A stretch of 64,000 nt of DNA from Vicinamibacterales bacterium (GTDB lineage Bacteria; Acidobacteriota; Vicinamibacteria; Vicinamibacterales; UBA8438): the NCBI GenBank assembly GCA_965207265.1, contig OZ242279.1, positions 1,797,093 to 1,861,092 on the forward strand, read 5' to 3'. This document shows positions 8,596 to 16,771 of this stretch, piece by piece. The notes under the pieces were generated by a model. The model was not told the DNA's origin. It searched no databases and was given only the letters and a program-made list of their open reading frames with translations. A program made the position numbers and the translations under genes. Each line of letters starts with the position of its first letter. Position 1 is the stretch's first letter.

Positions 8596-9255
8596 ATGAG
8601 TCCCGAGTTCATCGCAATCCTGAGCATCGGCGCAACGCTCGCCGGCACGCAACTGGCGGCCGTCCTGTGGCTCGCCGGTTACGTCCGTGGTGAGATCGCC
8701 GGCGTGCGAACCGAGATCGGGGGCGTGCGAACCGAGATCGGGGGCGTGCGAACCGAGCTCACCAACGAAGCCCGTAGCCTGCGCGAAGAGATCGGGGGCG
8801 TGCGGGCCGAGGTCGCCGCTGTCCGGACCCAGGTCGCCGACGAGGCGCGCGCCCTCCGCGAGGAAATCGGGGGCGTGCGAACCGAACTCACCAGCGAAGC
8901 CCGTAGCCTGCGCGAGGAGATCGGGAGCGTGAGGGCCGACGTGGGCGCTGTCCGGACCCAGGTCGCCGACGAGGCGCGCGCCCTCCGCGAAGAGATGGGC
9001 GTCGGCAGGACCGAGGCAGCCACGGAGGTCCGAAGCCTGCGCGAGGAGATGGGCGGTATCCCTGCCGGGATCAACACGCGCACCGACGAGATCCGCGGCG
9101 AGATCGTCGGGGTCCGCGGGGAAGTCACCGGGGTCCGCGGCGAGATCGGCAACGTCCGTGGTGAAGTGGCCGATCTGTCTCAGCGGATGGCAAAGGTCGA
9201 AGGCCTGCTCGAAGGGCTGCAAGACACGACCAGCAGCAAACGCGGCATCGCCTGA
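8596..9255 (+). CDS. membrane-anchored coiled-coil tandem-repeat protein (paralog of 7076-7405)
   Basis: Start chosen at ATG 8596 (MSPEFIAILSIGATLAGTQLAAVLWLAG) by homology with the 7076 product and a GGGGAG upstream. 7-residue EIGGVRT repeats and two 43-residue repeats. C-terminal MAKVEGLLEGL. Confidence 0.65.
   Translation: MSPEFIAILSIGATLAGTQLAAVLWLAGYVRGEIAGVRTEIGGVRTEIGGVRTELTNEARSLREEIGGVRAEVAAVRTQVADEARALREEIGGVRTELTSEARSLREEIGSVRADVGAVRTQVADEARALREEMGVGRTEAATEVRSLREEMGGIPAGINTRTDEIRGEIVGVRGEVTGVRGEIGNVRGEVADLSQRMAKVEGLLEGLQDTTSSKRGIA
8690..9170 (+). repeat. in-frame nested tandem repeats (21-nt units; two 129-nt units at 8755-8883 and 8884-9012)
   Basis: gagatcgggggcgtgcgaacc is repeated head-to-tail from about 8704. 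The two 129-nt units are near-identical (ELT[NS]EARSLREEIG..VRTQVADEARALREE). Confidence 0.85.
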
Positions 9256-9332
9256 CCTCACCCTGACAACGCATTCGCACGGGCCGATACCAACGGCTCT
9301 GCCGCAACACCCGGCAGCATCGGTTTTCGGAT

Positions 9333-9852
9333 TCACCGCAGCACGCCGAAGACCGTCCGCGCGTCGACTACGTGCACGCCGCTCTCGACGTCCACCCCGG
9401 TCGTCCCCAGCGGCGCGAACACCACCGGCACGATCTCCAGGCCGCCGACACCCTCGATCCGTGGCGCACTCGGATGGAACCGCAGCGACGCCGGCGACAC
9501 CGGCCGCGACGTCGCCTTCGCCTCTCCGATGAGCAGGCGCCGGCCGTCGACCGAACGCGCCACGACGTCGTGCTCCGGCTCGTTGCGCCGCCAGTAGCGT
9601 TGCGCCGGCTCCCAGGGTTCCGCCCCACAACGCGTAGAGCGCAACGAGATCGCGCGCCTCGACGGCGGGGAACAGGTCGGCCAGGTATCCCGGCTTCAGG
9701 GGGCGCACGGCGAACGCTTCCCGCGCCCGACCGTAGAGCGGCGCGCCGGCGGAAAGGATGACGCCGTGCATCATCCGCTGGCTCGACCCGCTGACCACCA
9801 AGGTTGGCCGCCCCGGAACCGAATCGACCCACGACTGCAGCCCATTACTTAT
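9333..9852 (-). pseudogene. ATP-binding protein of the archaeal-ATPase/DUF234 family, 5'-truncated and frameshifted
   Basis: Frame A (about 9622-9852) reads LVVSGSSQRMMHGVILSAGAPLYGRAREAFAVRPLKPGYLADLF..ALYALWGG. Frame B (9333-9644) reads ..YWRRNEPEHDVVARSVDGRRLLIGEAKA.. (DUF234-like C-terminus). No P-loop N-terminal part. An AT-rich junction sits near 9843-9870. Confidence 0.6.
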
Positions 9853-9922
9853 ATACGCATAAACTGTGACCGCGAGCGGGGTGGATCGCCGCTCGAATGC
9901 AGCCGGGCTTTGCGACGGGCTG

Positions 9923-10264
9923 CTACACCGCGAACATCTCCTGCAGGGGCTGCAGCACGTCGCCCAGGGTGCGCGATGGAAGGCGCCCGAGCCGCGCCGA
10001 CAACCGGTCGACGTCAACCGTCCGGATCTGATCCAGCGCGACGAAGCCGGCGCGGCGTTGGAAGCGGCAGGGGATCCGCCACGGATAGGCGCGTCCGCCG
10101 GTGGTCAGCGGCACGATGATGGCAGTGCGCAGGTGACGGTTCAGCTCGTTCGGGGAAACGACGACGCAGGGCCGCGTCTTCCGGATCTCGCTCCCGACCG
10201 TCGGATCCAGGATCACGAGATGCACGTCGCCGCGCGCGAGCTCGCCGCGGGTTACCACTCCCAC
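9923..10264 (-). CDS. mazF: type II toxin, MazF/PemK family endoribonuclease
   Basis: 113 aa. RGDVHLVILDPTVGSEIRKTRPCVVVSPNELN .. IIVPLTT .. fits the PemK/MazF fold signature. Overlaps the upstream antitoxin gene. Confidence 0.9.
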   Translation of the reverse strand: MGVVTRGELARGDVHLVILDPTVGSEIRKTRPCVVVSPNELNRHLRTAIIVPLTTGGRAYPWRIPCRFQRRAGFVALDQIRTVDVDRLSARLGRLPSRTLGDVLQPLQEMFAV

Positions 10265-10506
10265 TCCCGCTCGTCGAAGGCGTTCCCCTGCGACGGGTCG
10301 AGCAGCTCGTCGTCACCGGCCGCACGCATGGCCCGCGCTGCGGTCTCCCAACCGTCACGCGGCGTCCTGGTCGCCCGCACCACGAGCCGGCCGGGCTCGG
10401 CCTGCAACTCGACCTCGTCCGGCAACTCGGCCTGATCGAGCAGCGCCTTCGGAATGCGAATGCCGCGGGAGTTCCCTATCCGGACGATCCGGGTGATTGT
10501 CGGCAT
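10252..10506 (-). CDS. mazE: type II antitoxin, AbrB/MazE/SpoVT family
   Basis: 84 aa. IVRIGNSRGIRIPKALLDQAELPDEVEL is a typical SpoVT-AbrB swapped-hairpin motif. Confidence 0.9.
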   Translation of the reverse strand: MPTITRIVRIGNSRGIRIPKALLDQAELPDEVELQAEPGRLVVRATRTPRDGWETAARAMRAAGDDELLDPSQGNAFDEREWEW

Positions 10507-10629
10507 GTGTTTACATTGTAATCACTGTCGGGGCCGGCGCCAACGTGGTTACCCAGCTTCCGGCCGGAGAGCTCGCAACGTGAGCGCGCTGGTGCTCGAC
10601 GCCGGTGCGTTTCTTTCTGCCCGTACCAA

Positions 10630-11385
10630 TCACCGGCCACCGGCATCCCCGAGCACGTCGTCGGGAGCGCCGGATCGGACGGCGCGGCCGGCTTCCAGCA
10701 CGATCGCCCAGTCGGCGACGCGCCGCACCTCGTCGGCCACGTGCGAGACGTAGATCATCGGAGTGCGGACCTCGTCGCGCACCCGCTCCAGGTAGGGCAG
10801 GATCCGGTCGCGCAGGCCGAGGTCGAGCGCCGTGAGCGGCTCGTCGAGCAGCAGCAGGTCCGGCTCGGTCATCAGGGCCCGCGCCAGGGCGACGCGCTGC
10901 CGCTCCCCGCCGGAGAGGCCGTCCACCGCGCGCGACAGCAGGGTGTCGATCTCCAGGAGCTCGAGAACCGACGCGTGCGCGCCCCGGTGATCCAGGACGC
11001 CGGCGTCGGCCCCTCCGTCCTGGGCGCTCCGGAGCCGCAGGCTGCCCTCCGCGGCCCGGCCACGGGCGCCGTACAGCACGTTGCGCCGGACGTCGAGATG
11101 GGGAAACAGCGCCAGGTCCTGCGGCACGTAGCCGACCCGGCGCTCGTAGACCGGCACGTCGACGCCGCGCCGGGAATCGAACAGCACGTGCCGCCCGATC
11201 CGGATCACGCCCTCGGCGGGCCGGCGCAGGCCGGCGACGGCGTCCAGCGTGGTGGTCTTGCCGGATCCCGACGGCCCGAACAGCGCGACGGTGCGCGCCG
11301 CGATGGTCTCGCGCAGATCGAGGGTGAAGGCGCCGGCGCTAAGCCGGACGTCGATGACGACCGACGCCTCGCCGCCGCCGCTCAC
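10630..11385 (-). CDS. modC: molybdate ABC transporter ATP-binding protein (short form, no C-terminal TOBE domain)
   Basis: Start GTG 11385, overlapping the modB stop (GTGA). Walker A GPSGSGKTT, signature LSGGERQRVALARAL, Walker B LLLLDEP. The track ORF to 11946 is an overextension. Confidence 0.85.
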   Translation of the reverse strand: MSGGGEASVVIDVRLSAGAFTLDLRETIAARTVALFGPSGSGKTTTLDAVAGLRRPAEGVIRIGRHVLFDSRRGVDVPVYERRVGYVPQDLALFPHLDVRRNVLYGARGRAAEGSLRLRSAQDGGADAGVLDHRGAHASVLELLEIDTLLSRAVDGLSGGERQRVALARALMTEPDLLLLDEPLTALDLGLRDRILPYLERVRDEVRTPMIYVSHVADEVRRVADWAIVLEAGRAVRSGAPDDVLGDAGGR

Positions 11386-12038
11386 GTCGCGGTCCCGAGC
11401 CGGTTCGACAGATAGACGGCCGCGAAGCCGATGGTCACCGCGGCGGCAATCAGCGTCATTGCCGCCGCGTCGCGGCCGAGCTCGGCGTTGCGGTAGATGG
11501 CGACCGAGAGCGTGCGCGCGCCGGGCAGCGCGCCGGCCAGCATGATCGTGGCCCCGAACTCCCCGATCGCGCGCGAGAAGCCGAGCACCGTGCCCGCCAG
11601 CAGCCCGCGCCGGGCGAGCGGGAGGCTGACGGTCCAGAACACCCGCCACGGCCGGGCGCCGAGGGTGGCGGCGACCGCCTCGTAGCGCCGGTCCGCCTGC
11701 TCGAAGCCGGCCCGCGTCGCCCGCACGAGCAGCGGGAGCCCCATGACCGCCATCGCGACCACCACCGCCTTCCAGGTGAAGACGATGTCGACGCCCAGCG
11801 GCTCGAGCAGCGCCCCGAGCGGCCCGCGGCGGCCGAACAGCTTCAGCAGGATCAGGCCGGTCGCCACCGGGGGGACGACGAGCGGCAGCGAGACCAGGGT
11901 CTCCAGGACGGTTCGCCCCGCGAAGTCGCGCCGCGCGAGCAGCCACGCGATGGCCACGCCCGGCGGCAGCATGACGAGGGTGGCTACCGCCGCCATCAGC
12001 AAGGTGAATCCCGTCACCTGCACGAGTTCCGCGGTCAT
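11382..12038 (-). CDS. modB: molybdate ABC transporter permease
   Basis: 218 aa, multi-TM. FSRAIGEFGATIMLAG is the EAA-type motif of ModB/CysTW permeases. Confidence 0.9.
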   Translation of the reverse strand: MTAELVQVTGFTLLMAAVATLVMLPPGVAIAWLLARRDFAGRTVLETLVSLPLVVPPVATGLILLKLFGRRGPLGALLEPLGVDIVFTWKAVVVAMAVMGLPLLVRATRAGFEQADRRYEAVAATLGARPWRVFWTVSLPLARRGLLAGTVLGFSRAIGEFGATIMLAGALPGARTLSVAIYRNAELGRDAAAMTLIAAAVTIGFAAVYLSNRLGTAT

Positions 12039-12084
12039 CGTGCGCGCTCCGTCGCCGCGCTCGTCACCGCGAACCCCGCGGAGA

Positions 12085-12951
12085 TCACCGCGCGCTCCCT
12101 CGCGGGGCCTGCCTGCTAACGGTAGGCGCTCGGCTCACGGCGCCGCCTCCGAGGCCGCCCCGCCCGGCCGCCGGCAGACCGATGAAGCCCGCCGCGGCGA
12201 ACTCGCGCCGCGCCGAAGCAGTCTGCAGGTAATCGAGAAAGCGCGCCGCCGCCGCCGGGTTGGGCGCGTCGACGGCGACCGCGGCGGGATAGACGATGGA
12301 CGGACCGACCTCCGGGGGCACTTCGAGCGCGATCACCGCGCCGCCCGACGCACGGACGTCCGTGCGGTAGACGATGCCGGCCTCCACCGTTCCCGCCTCC
12401 ACCGCGCGCAGGGCCGCCCGCACGCTGCTGGCAGGAACGATGCGCCCTGCGACGGCATTCCACAGCCCTGCGGACTCGAGGTACTGCCGGGCGTAGACGC
12501 CGGCCGGCACCGCCTCGGGGTCGCCGAGGGCGATCCGCTCGATCGCCGGGTTCACGAGATCGTGCGGCTCCTCCACCGTACCGGTCCGGTCGGACGGCAC
12601 GACGACGACGAGCTGGTTCGAGAGCAGGTCCACCCGCCGCACCGCGTCGATGCGCCCCGCCGCCGCCGCCCGCTCCATCTGCAGCACGTCGGCGCTGATG
12701 AAGACATCGACCGGGGCGCCTTCGATGATCTGGGACGCGAGCATCTGCGATCCGGCGACGTTCAGCAGGATGCGGACGCCCTGCTCCTGCTCGTACCGGT
12801 CCGCGACGGCGCCGATCGCCTCGGAGAGACTGGCCGCGGCCGAAACCAGCAACGTCGGCGGGTCGGCCTCACGGTGATCGCCGCCGGCAGCGGGGCCGCA
12901 ACCCCCGGCCGCCGCAAGCGTGAGGAACAGCGCCAGAGCCGGGACCCGCAC
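12085..12951 (-). CDS. modA: molybdate ABC transporter substrate-binding lipoprotein
   Basis: ModA-like LLVSAAASL .. DVFISAD .. IVYRTD. Start set at GTG 12951, giving signal/lipobox (M)RVPALALFLTLAAAGGC. The track ORF runs to 13155, so the start is uncertain. Confidence 0.8.
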   Translation of the reverse strand: MRVPALALFLTLAAAGGCGPAAGGDHREADPPTLLVSAAASLSEAIGAVADRYEQEQGVRILLNVAGSQMLASQIIEGAPVDVFISADVLQMERAAAAGRIDAVRRVDLLSNQLVVVVPSDRTGTVEEPHDLVNPAIERIALGDPEAVPAGVYARQYLESAGLWNAVAGRIVPASSVRAALRAVEAGTVEAGIVYRTDVRASGGAVIALEVPPEVGPSIVYPAAVAVDAPNPAAAARFLDYLQTASARREFAAAGFIGLPAAGRGGLGGGAVSRAPTVSRQAPRGSAR

Positions 12952-13213
12952 CAGAGCCGGGATCAGCGGCAGCGACCGGATCGACCCCGGCGTCCGGACC
13001 AGCCCGCATCGTCCGGCGACCCGGACTTGCACTGCGTGTAGCTTCGAGACGACGTGCACGGAGCCTCCGGCGATACGGTCCCCCGCATGCGAAGCCGGTA
13101 CGACACGCCGCGAGCGTTCTGTTCCAGACATGCGGACCACACCTGTGCGCCGCACGATCTAATATCATTTCAACCGATCTGACAAACGACTTCGACCGTT
13201 TTCTGCATTCATC

Positions 13214-13642
13214 ATGGCAATCCTGACCGTACGGGAGGCGGCGGCCCGCCTCGGGGTCGGCTACTCCACCCTCAAACAGTGGATCTACAAGGGAAGCGTC
13301 AGGACCTCGCGGACCGACGGCGGCCACTACCGCATCGCGGACGACGAGATCGACCGGCTGCTCGCATCCCGTGGGGCGCTGCCGCCGAGCGGGCGGCGGT
13401 CGCGCGGCGGCGTCCTGGTGTCTCTCAGCGGCCGGAACCGCCTGCGCGGCATCGTCGAGGAAGTGCGGCGGGAAGGTCTGCTGGCCCAGGTCCGGCTCCG
13501 CATCGGCGATCAGCAGCTCACCGCGGTGATCACCCGCGACGCGGTCGACGAGCTGGGATTGCGGCGGGGCGACGAGGCGACCGCGATCGTCAAGGCGACC
13601 GAGGTGATGATCGGCCGGGAGGACGCGGCATCGCGCGACTGA
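13214..13642 (+). CDS. HTH (excisionase/MerR-type) plus TOBE/Mop molybdate-sensing regulator
   Basis: 142 aa. N-terminal ILTVREAAARLGVGYSTLKQWIYKG. C-terminal SGRNRLRGIVEEV..GLLAQVRLRIGDQQLTAVITRDAVDELGLRRGDEATAIVKATEVMI is a TOBE/Mop fold motif. Divergent from modABC. Confidence 0.8.
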   Translation: MAILTVREAAARLGVGYSTLKQWIYKGSVRTSRTDGGHYRIADDEIDRLLASRGALPPSGRRSRGGVLVSLSGRNRLRGIVEEVRREGLLAQVRLRIGDQQLTAVITRDAVDELGLRRGDEATAIVKATEVMIGREDAASRD

Positions 13643-13693
13643 GCGAGCTTCGCCTTCCGCGCCGTGATACTGTTCCGTTCCCCCAGAACGACG

Positions 13694-13852
13694 ATGCTCG
13701 CCAAGCTCACGTCCACGAACCGGTTGACGCTTCCCGCAGAAGTGCTTTCCAGCTTCCCGGGCACGCGGTACTTCGACGTCGCCAAAGAAGGCGGACGCAT
13801 CGTGCTCACGCCTGTGCGCGTCAATCGCGCGAACCCCGCGCACGCATTGTAG
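13694..13852 (+). CDS. small AbrB/SpoVT-like protein (putative antitoxin)
   Basis: From the internal ATG: MLAKLTSTNRLTLPAEVLSSFPGTRYFDVAKEGGRIVLTPV resembles SpoVT-AbrB antitoxins. Short ORF with an uncertain start. Confidence 0.45.
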   Translation: MLAKLTSTNRLTLPAEVLSSFPGTRYFDVAKEGGRIVLTPVRVNRANPAHAL

Positions 13853-13875
13853 CCACAACGCGCTACAATGGGCAC

Positions 13876-14166
13876 ATGATAACGGTCGGCGTTCGGGAGT
13901 TGAAGAACCGCCTCAGCGAGCATCTGCGGATGGTCCGCCGCGGCGAGGACATTCTGGTCACGCATCGCGGCGAAGTCGTGGCCGAGTTGCGTCAGCCGTC
14001 CCGCGTGCCGGCGGCAACCACGTATCCGGGCCTCGTACGCCACGCGCGCGCCGGCAAGGCGCGCATCGGCGGGCCGAACCGGCCGGACCTCTATCCGTCC
14101 CAAGAACCGTTCCTGCCTTCCGGCTCCGCGCGGCGACTGCTCGATGAGGAACGGGGCGATCGGTGA
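13876..14166 (+). CDS. type II antitoxin, Phd/YefM family
   Basis: MITVGVRELKNRLSEHLRMVRRGEDILVTHRGEVVAEL is a typical Phd/YefM N-terminus. 4-nt overlap with the PIN gene. Confidence 0.85.
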   Translation: MITVGVRELKNRLSEHLRMVRRGEDILVTHRGEVVAELRQPSRVPAATTYPGLVRHARAGKARIGGPNRPDLYPSQEPFLPSGSARRLLDEERGDR

Positions 14167-14591
14167 GCGTCTACGCCGAGTCGAGCGCCGTCCTGGCCTG
14201 GTTGCTGGGCGAGCGTCCCGGAGGCAGGGCGGAACGGGCGTTGGGCGCCGCCGACCTCGTGGTCACGTCCGACCTGACGCTGATCGAATGTGACCGCGTC
14301 CTCGGCCGCGCGGCGGCGCTCGGAGAGCGAAGTCACGCCGAGGTCGCCAGGCGCCGCGCGACTCTCGGCGCAGCGTCCGAGCACTGGGTGGTCCTGGCCA
14401 TCGACGGCGAGGTCGTGGCGCGGTCTCGGCAGGCTTTCCCGCGCGAGCCGGTCCGGTCGCTCGACGCCATCCACCTGTCCACGGCACTGGTGGCCCGCAA
14501 CCTGGTAACGGACCTGCGGATCCTGTCGCTCGACGAACGCATCCGCGACAACGCCGCGGCGCTCGGATTCGACATTGCGCCGGCCGGCTGA
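14163..14591 (+). CDS. vapC: type II toxin, PIN-domain VapC family
   Basis: 142 aa, GTG start. PIN-like acidic positions (VYAESS.., ..TSDLTLIE.., ..SLDAIHL.., ..LSLDERI). Confidence 0.8.
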   Translation: MSVYAESSAVLAWLLGERPGGRAERALGAADLVVTSDLTLIECDRVLGRAAALGERSHAEVARRRATLGAASEHWVVLAIDGEVVARSRQAFPREPVRSLDAIHLSTALVARNLVTDLRILSLDERIRDNAAALGFDIAPAG

Positions 14592-14609
14592 GCCGGCAGG
14601 AGAACAGCC

Positions 14610-15944
14610 ATGAATCGTCCCACCGCCGCCGTACTCCTGACCGCGATGACGTGCGTACTTCTCTCGATGGCCACGCCCGGCGCTCAGCAACCCGTCGAGG
14701 CGCCGCGGGCCGAAACGGAGCCCGCCGGGCAGCAGACCACGGAACAGGCCGACGCGCAGGAGCCCGCCGAGCAGCAGCCGGAGCCCGAACCGTTCGCCGC
14801 CGACGGGATTCCCCCCGTGCCACTGCCCGAGGAACCCGTAATCTACGACACCGCCCAGCGCCAGCGCATCCGCGTCTCGGTGGTCGCCGACGGGCTGACC
14901 TACCCGTGGGGATTCGCCTTCCTGCCGGACGGCAGCGTGCTGGTCACTGAGCGCCTGGGGTCGCTGCGGCGGATTCGCGACGGCGTGCTCGACCCCACCC
15001 CGATCGCCGGCATTCCCGAGGTCTCGCTCCAAGGGCAGCTCGAAGGCCTCATGGACGTCGCGGTGCATCCCGATTTCTCCCAGAACCGTCTGGTATACCT
15101 GACCTACTCGAAGCCGACCGAGACCGGCTCGACGGTGGCGCTGGCCCGCGGCCGCTTCGAAGGCGCTGCGCTGTCCGAGGTCCGGGACGTGTTCGTCGTC
15201 GCCGACACGGAGATGACCGGCGGCGCATCGCGACTGGCATTCGCCCCCGACGGGTCGCTGTACATGACGGTGGGCGGCGCTTTCGGTGGGCGGCGCCCCC
15301 TGGCGCAGGACCCGGCGAGCCATGTCGGCAAGGTGCTGCGCCTGCGGGATGACGGCGCCGCGCCGGACGACAACCCGTTCATCGGCCGGGACGACGCCCG
15401 GCCCGAGGTGTTCTCGCTCGGTCATCGCAACCCGATGGGGCTGGCGATTCATCCGGAGACCGGCGAGGTCTGGGCGAGCGAGCACGCCCCGATGGGGGGC
15501 GACGAGGTCAACCGGATCCTGCCCGGCCGCAACTATGGCTGGCCGGAGGTCTCCTACTCGCGCGAGTACTACGGGCCGCGCGTGTCGGAGCGGCCCTGGC
15601 AGGAGGACATGGAGCAGCCCGAGATCGTCTGGATCCCCTCCATCGCGCCGTCCGGACTCGTCTTCTACAGCGGCGATCGGTTTCCGGCCTGGCGCGGCGA
15701 CCTCTTCGCCGGCTCGCTGATGACCGGTCGCATCGATCGCACCGGCCACCTCGAACGGATCGAACTCAACCGGCAGGGCATGGAAGAACGGCGGGAATGG
15801 CTGCTGGCCGACCTGCGGCAACGCATCCGGGACGTCGACCAGGGCCCCGACGGCCTGCTGTACGTGCTGACCGGAGGCAGCTTCCTCGGCCGCGACCCCG
15901 AGCGCGGGGCGGCCGCCCTGCTGCGTATCGAGCCCGTCGATTGA
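14610..15944 (+). CDS. PQQ-dependent sugar (glucose/sorbosone) dehydrogenase, exported
   Basis: 444 aa with a signal peptide. HRNPMGLAIHPETGEVWASEHAPMGGDEVNRILPGRNYGWPEVSY is characteristic of the soluble aldose dehydrogenase (YliI) family. Confidence 0.9.
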   Translation: MNRPTAAVLLTAMTCVLLSMATPGAQQPVEAPRAETEPAGQQTTEQADAQEPAEQQPEPEPFAADGIPPVPLPEEPVIYDTAQRQRIRVSVVADGLTYPWGFAFLPDGSVLVTERLGSLRRIRDGVLDPTPIAGIPEVSLQGQLEGLMDVAVHPDFSQNRLVYLTYSKPTETGSTVALARGRFEGAALSEVRDVFVVADTEMTGGASRLAFAPDGSLYMTVGGAFGGRRPLAQDPASHVGKVLRLRDDGAAPDDNPFIGRDDARPEVFSLGHRNPMGLAIHPETGEVWASEHAPMGGDEVNRILPGRNYGWPEVSYSREYYGPRVSERPWQEDMEQPEIVWIPSIAPSGLVFYSGDRFPAWRGDLFAGSLMTGRIDRTGHLERIELNRQGMEERREWLLADLRQRIRDVDQGPDGLLYVLTGGSFLGRDPERGAAALLRIEPVD

Positions 15945-16102
15945 CCGAGGTCGGACCGCGCGCCGGTCGCTCGGCTTGGTATCCTTGAGCATGGGACCTC
16001 CGGCGAGCACGACGTGATCTGCGAACCGGAATTGACGAATCCTCGGAGCGACCGATATCATCCGCGCAAACGAACCAACGGCTGAGACGCGCCGCGACTG
16101 CA

Positions 16103-16771
16103 ATGCCCTTCATACCCAAGGACGAACGGCCGGCGCTTGCCCGCCTCGCCGGACTCTGGAACGAGCAAGCCTCGGAGCTGTCTGGTGCCCTGAGCGCTGC
16201 CGCCGACGAACTTGACGGCGACGAACTCGTCCAGCATGTGATCGCCGGAACGCCCTCCGTCGAAGCTGATGATGTCAAGCGGATTCTGAGTGCGGTTCGC
16301 CAGGTCGCAAGCGCCAAGGAGATTCTGGAGGTTCAGCCGGATGTCTTCCTGAACGACATCGCCGAAGGGATGGGCAGGATAGAAGAAGACGAACTTCGAC
16401 TCGACGAAACAAAGCAGGAACATTTACGGGAACGCCTCACCGCGCTGACCGAGTCTCCAGCGATGGAGATTCACGCGAAGGCCCGGTCTCTGCAACAGGA
16501 CCGGGAGAACATCTACTGCAGGGCTCGCATCATCAGCGATCTGCGACCGATATTTGGTTCGGATGTACGTCAGTCGCCGAAGGCGGTTCTCGTAGCACAC
16601 ATGCTTCGAATTACTTATCACCACGGCAGTCGAGGTACGCTGAAAGACCTGTTCTTGACCTTGCGTACCGAAGATCTCGACCAGCTCAGCGAACTGATCG
16701 AACGGGCGAGGTCCAAGGCTGACTCACTTCATGCGTTCACGGCGGCGGCCGACCTTCGGGAGATCGACTGA
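16103..16771 (+). CDS. hypothetical protein (orphan, in the AT-richer islet)
   Basis: 222-aa ORF with protein-like composition and no motif I recognise. By eye the local GC is lower than in the flanks. Confidence 0.55.
   Translation: MPFIPKDERPALARLAGLWNEQASELSGALSAAADELDGDELVQHVIAGTPSVEADDVKRILSAVRQVASAKEILEVQPDVFLNDIAEGMGRIEEDELRLDETKQEHLRERLTALTESPAMEIHAKARSLQQDRENIYCRARIISDLRPIFGSDVRQSPKAVLVAHMLRITYHHGSRGTLKDLFLTLRTEDLDQLSELIERARSKADSLHAFTAAADLREID

Noticed and set aside
8690-9170. Possible CRISPR array or non-coding satellite
   Set aside because: The repeats are contiguous with no spacers. Their periods are multiples of 3 and they keep one reading frame with a coherent coiled-coil peptide, so they are coding tandem repeats.
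7903-10017. 704-aa minus-strand ORF spanning the HNH gene, the repeat gene and the ATPase remnant
   Set aside because: It is antisense to better-supported genes and has Arg/Gly/Ala/Pro-rich low-complexity composition typical of spurious open frames in high-GC DNA. Only its N-terminal 56-132 aa segment looks real, and I assign that to the DUF234-ATPase pseudogene.
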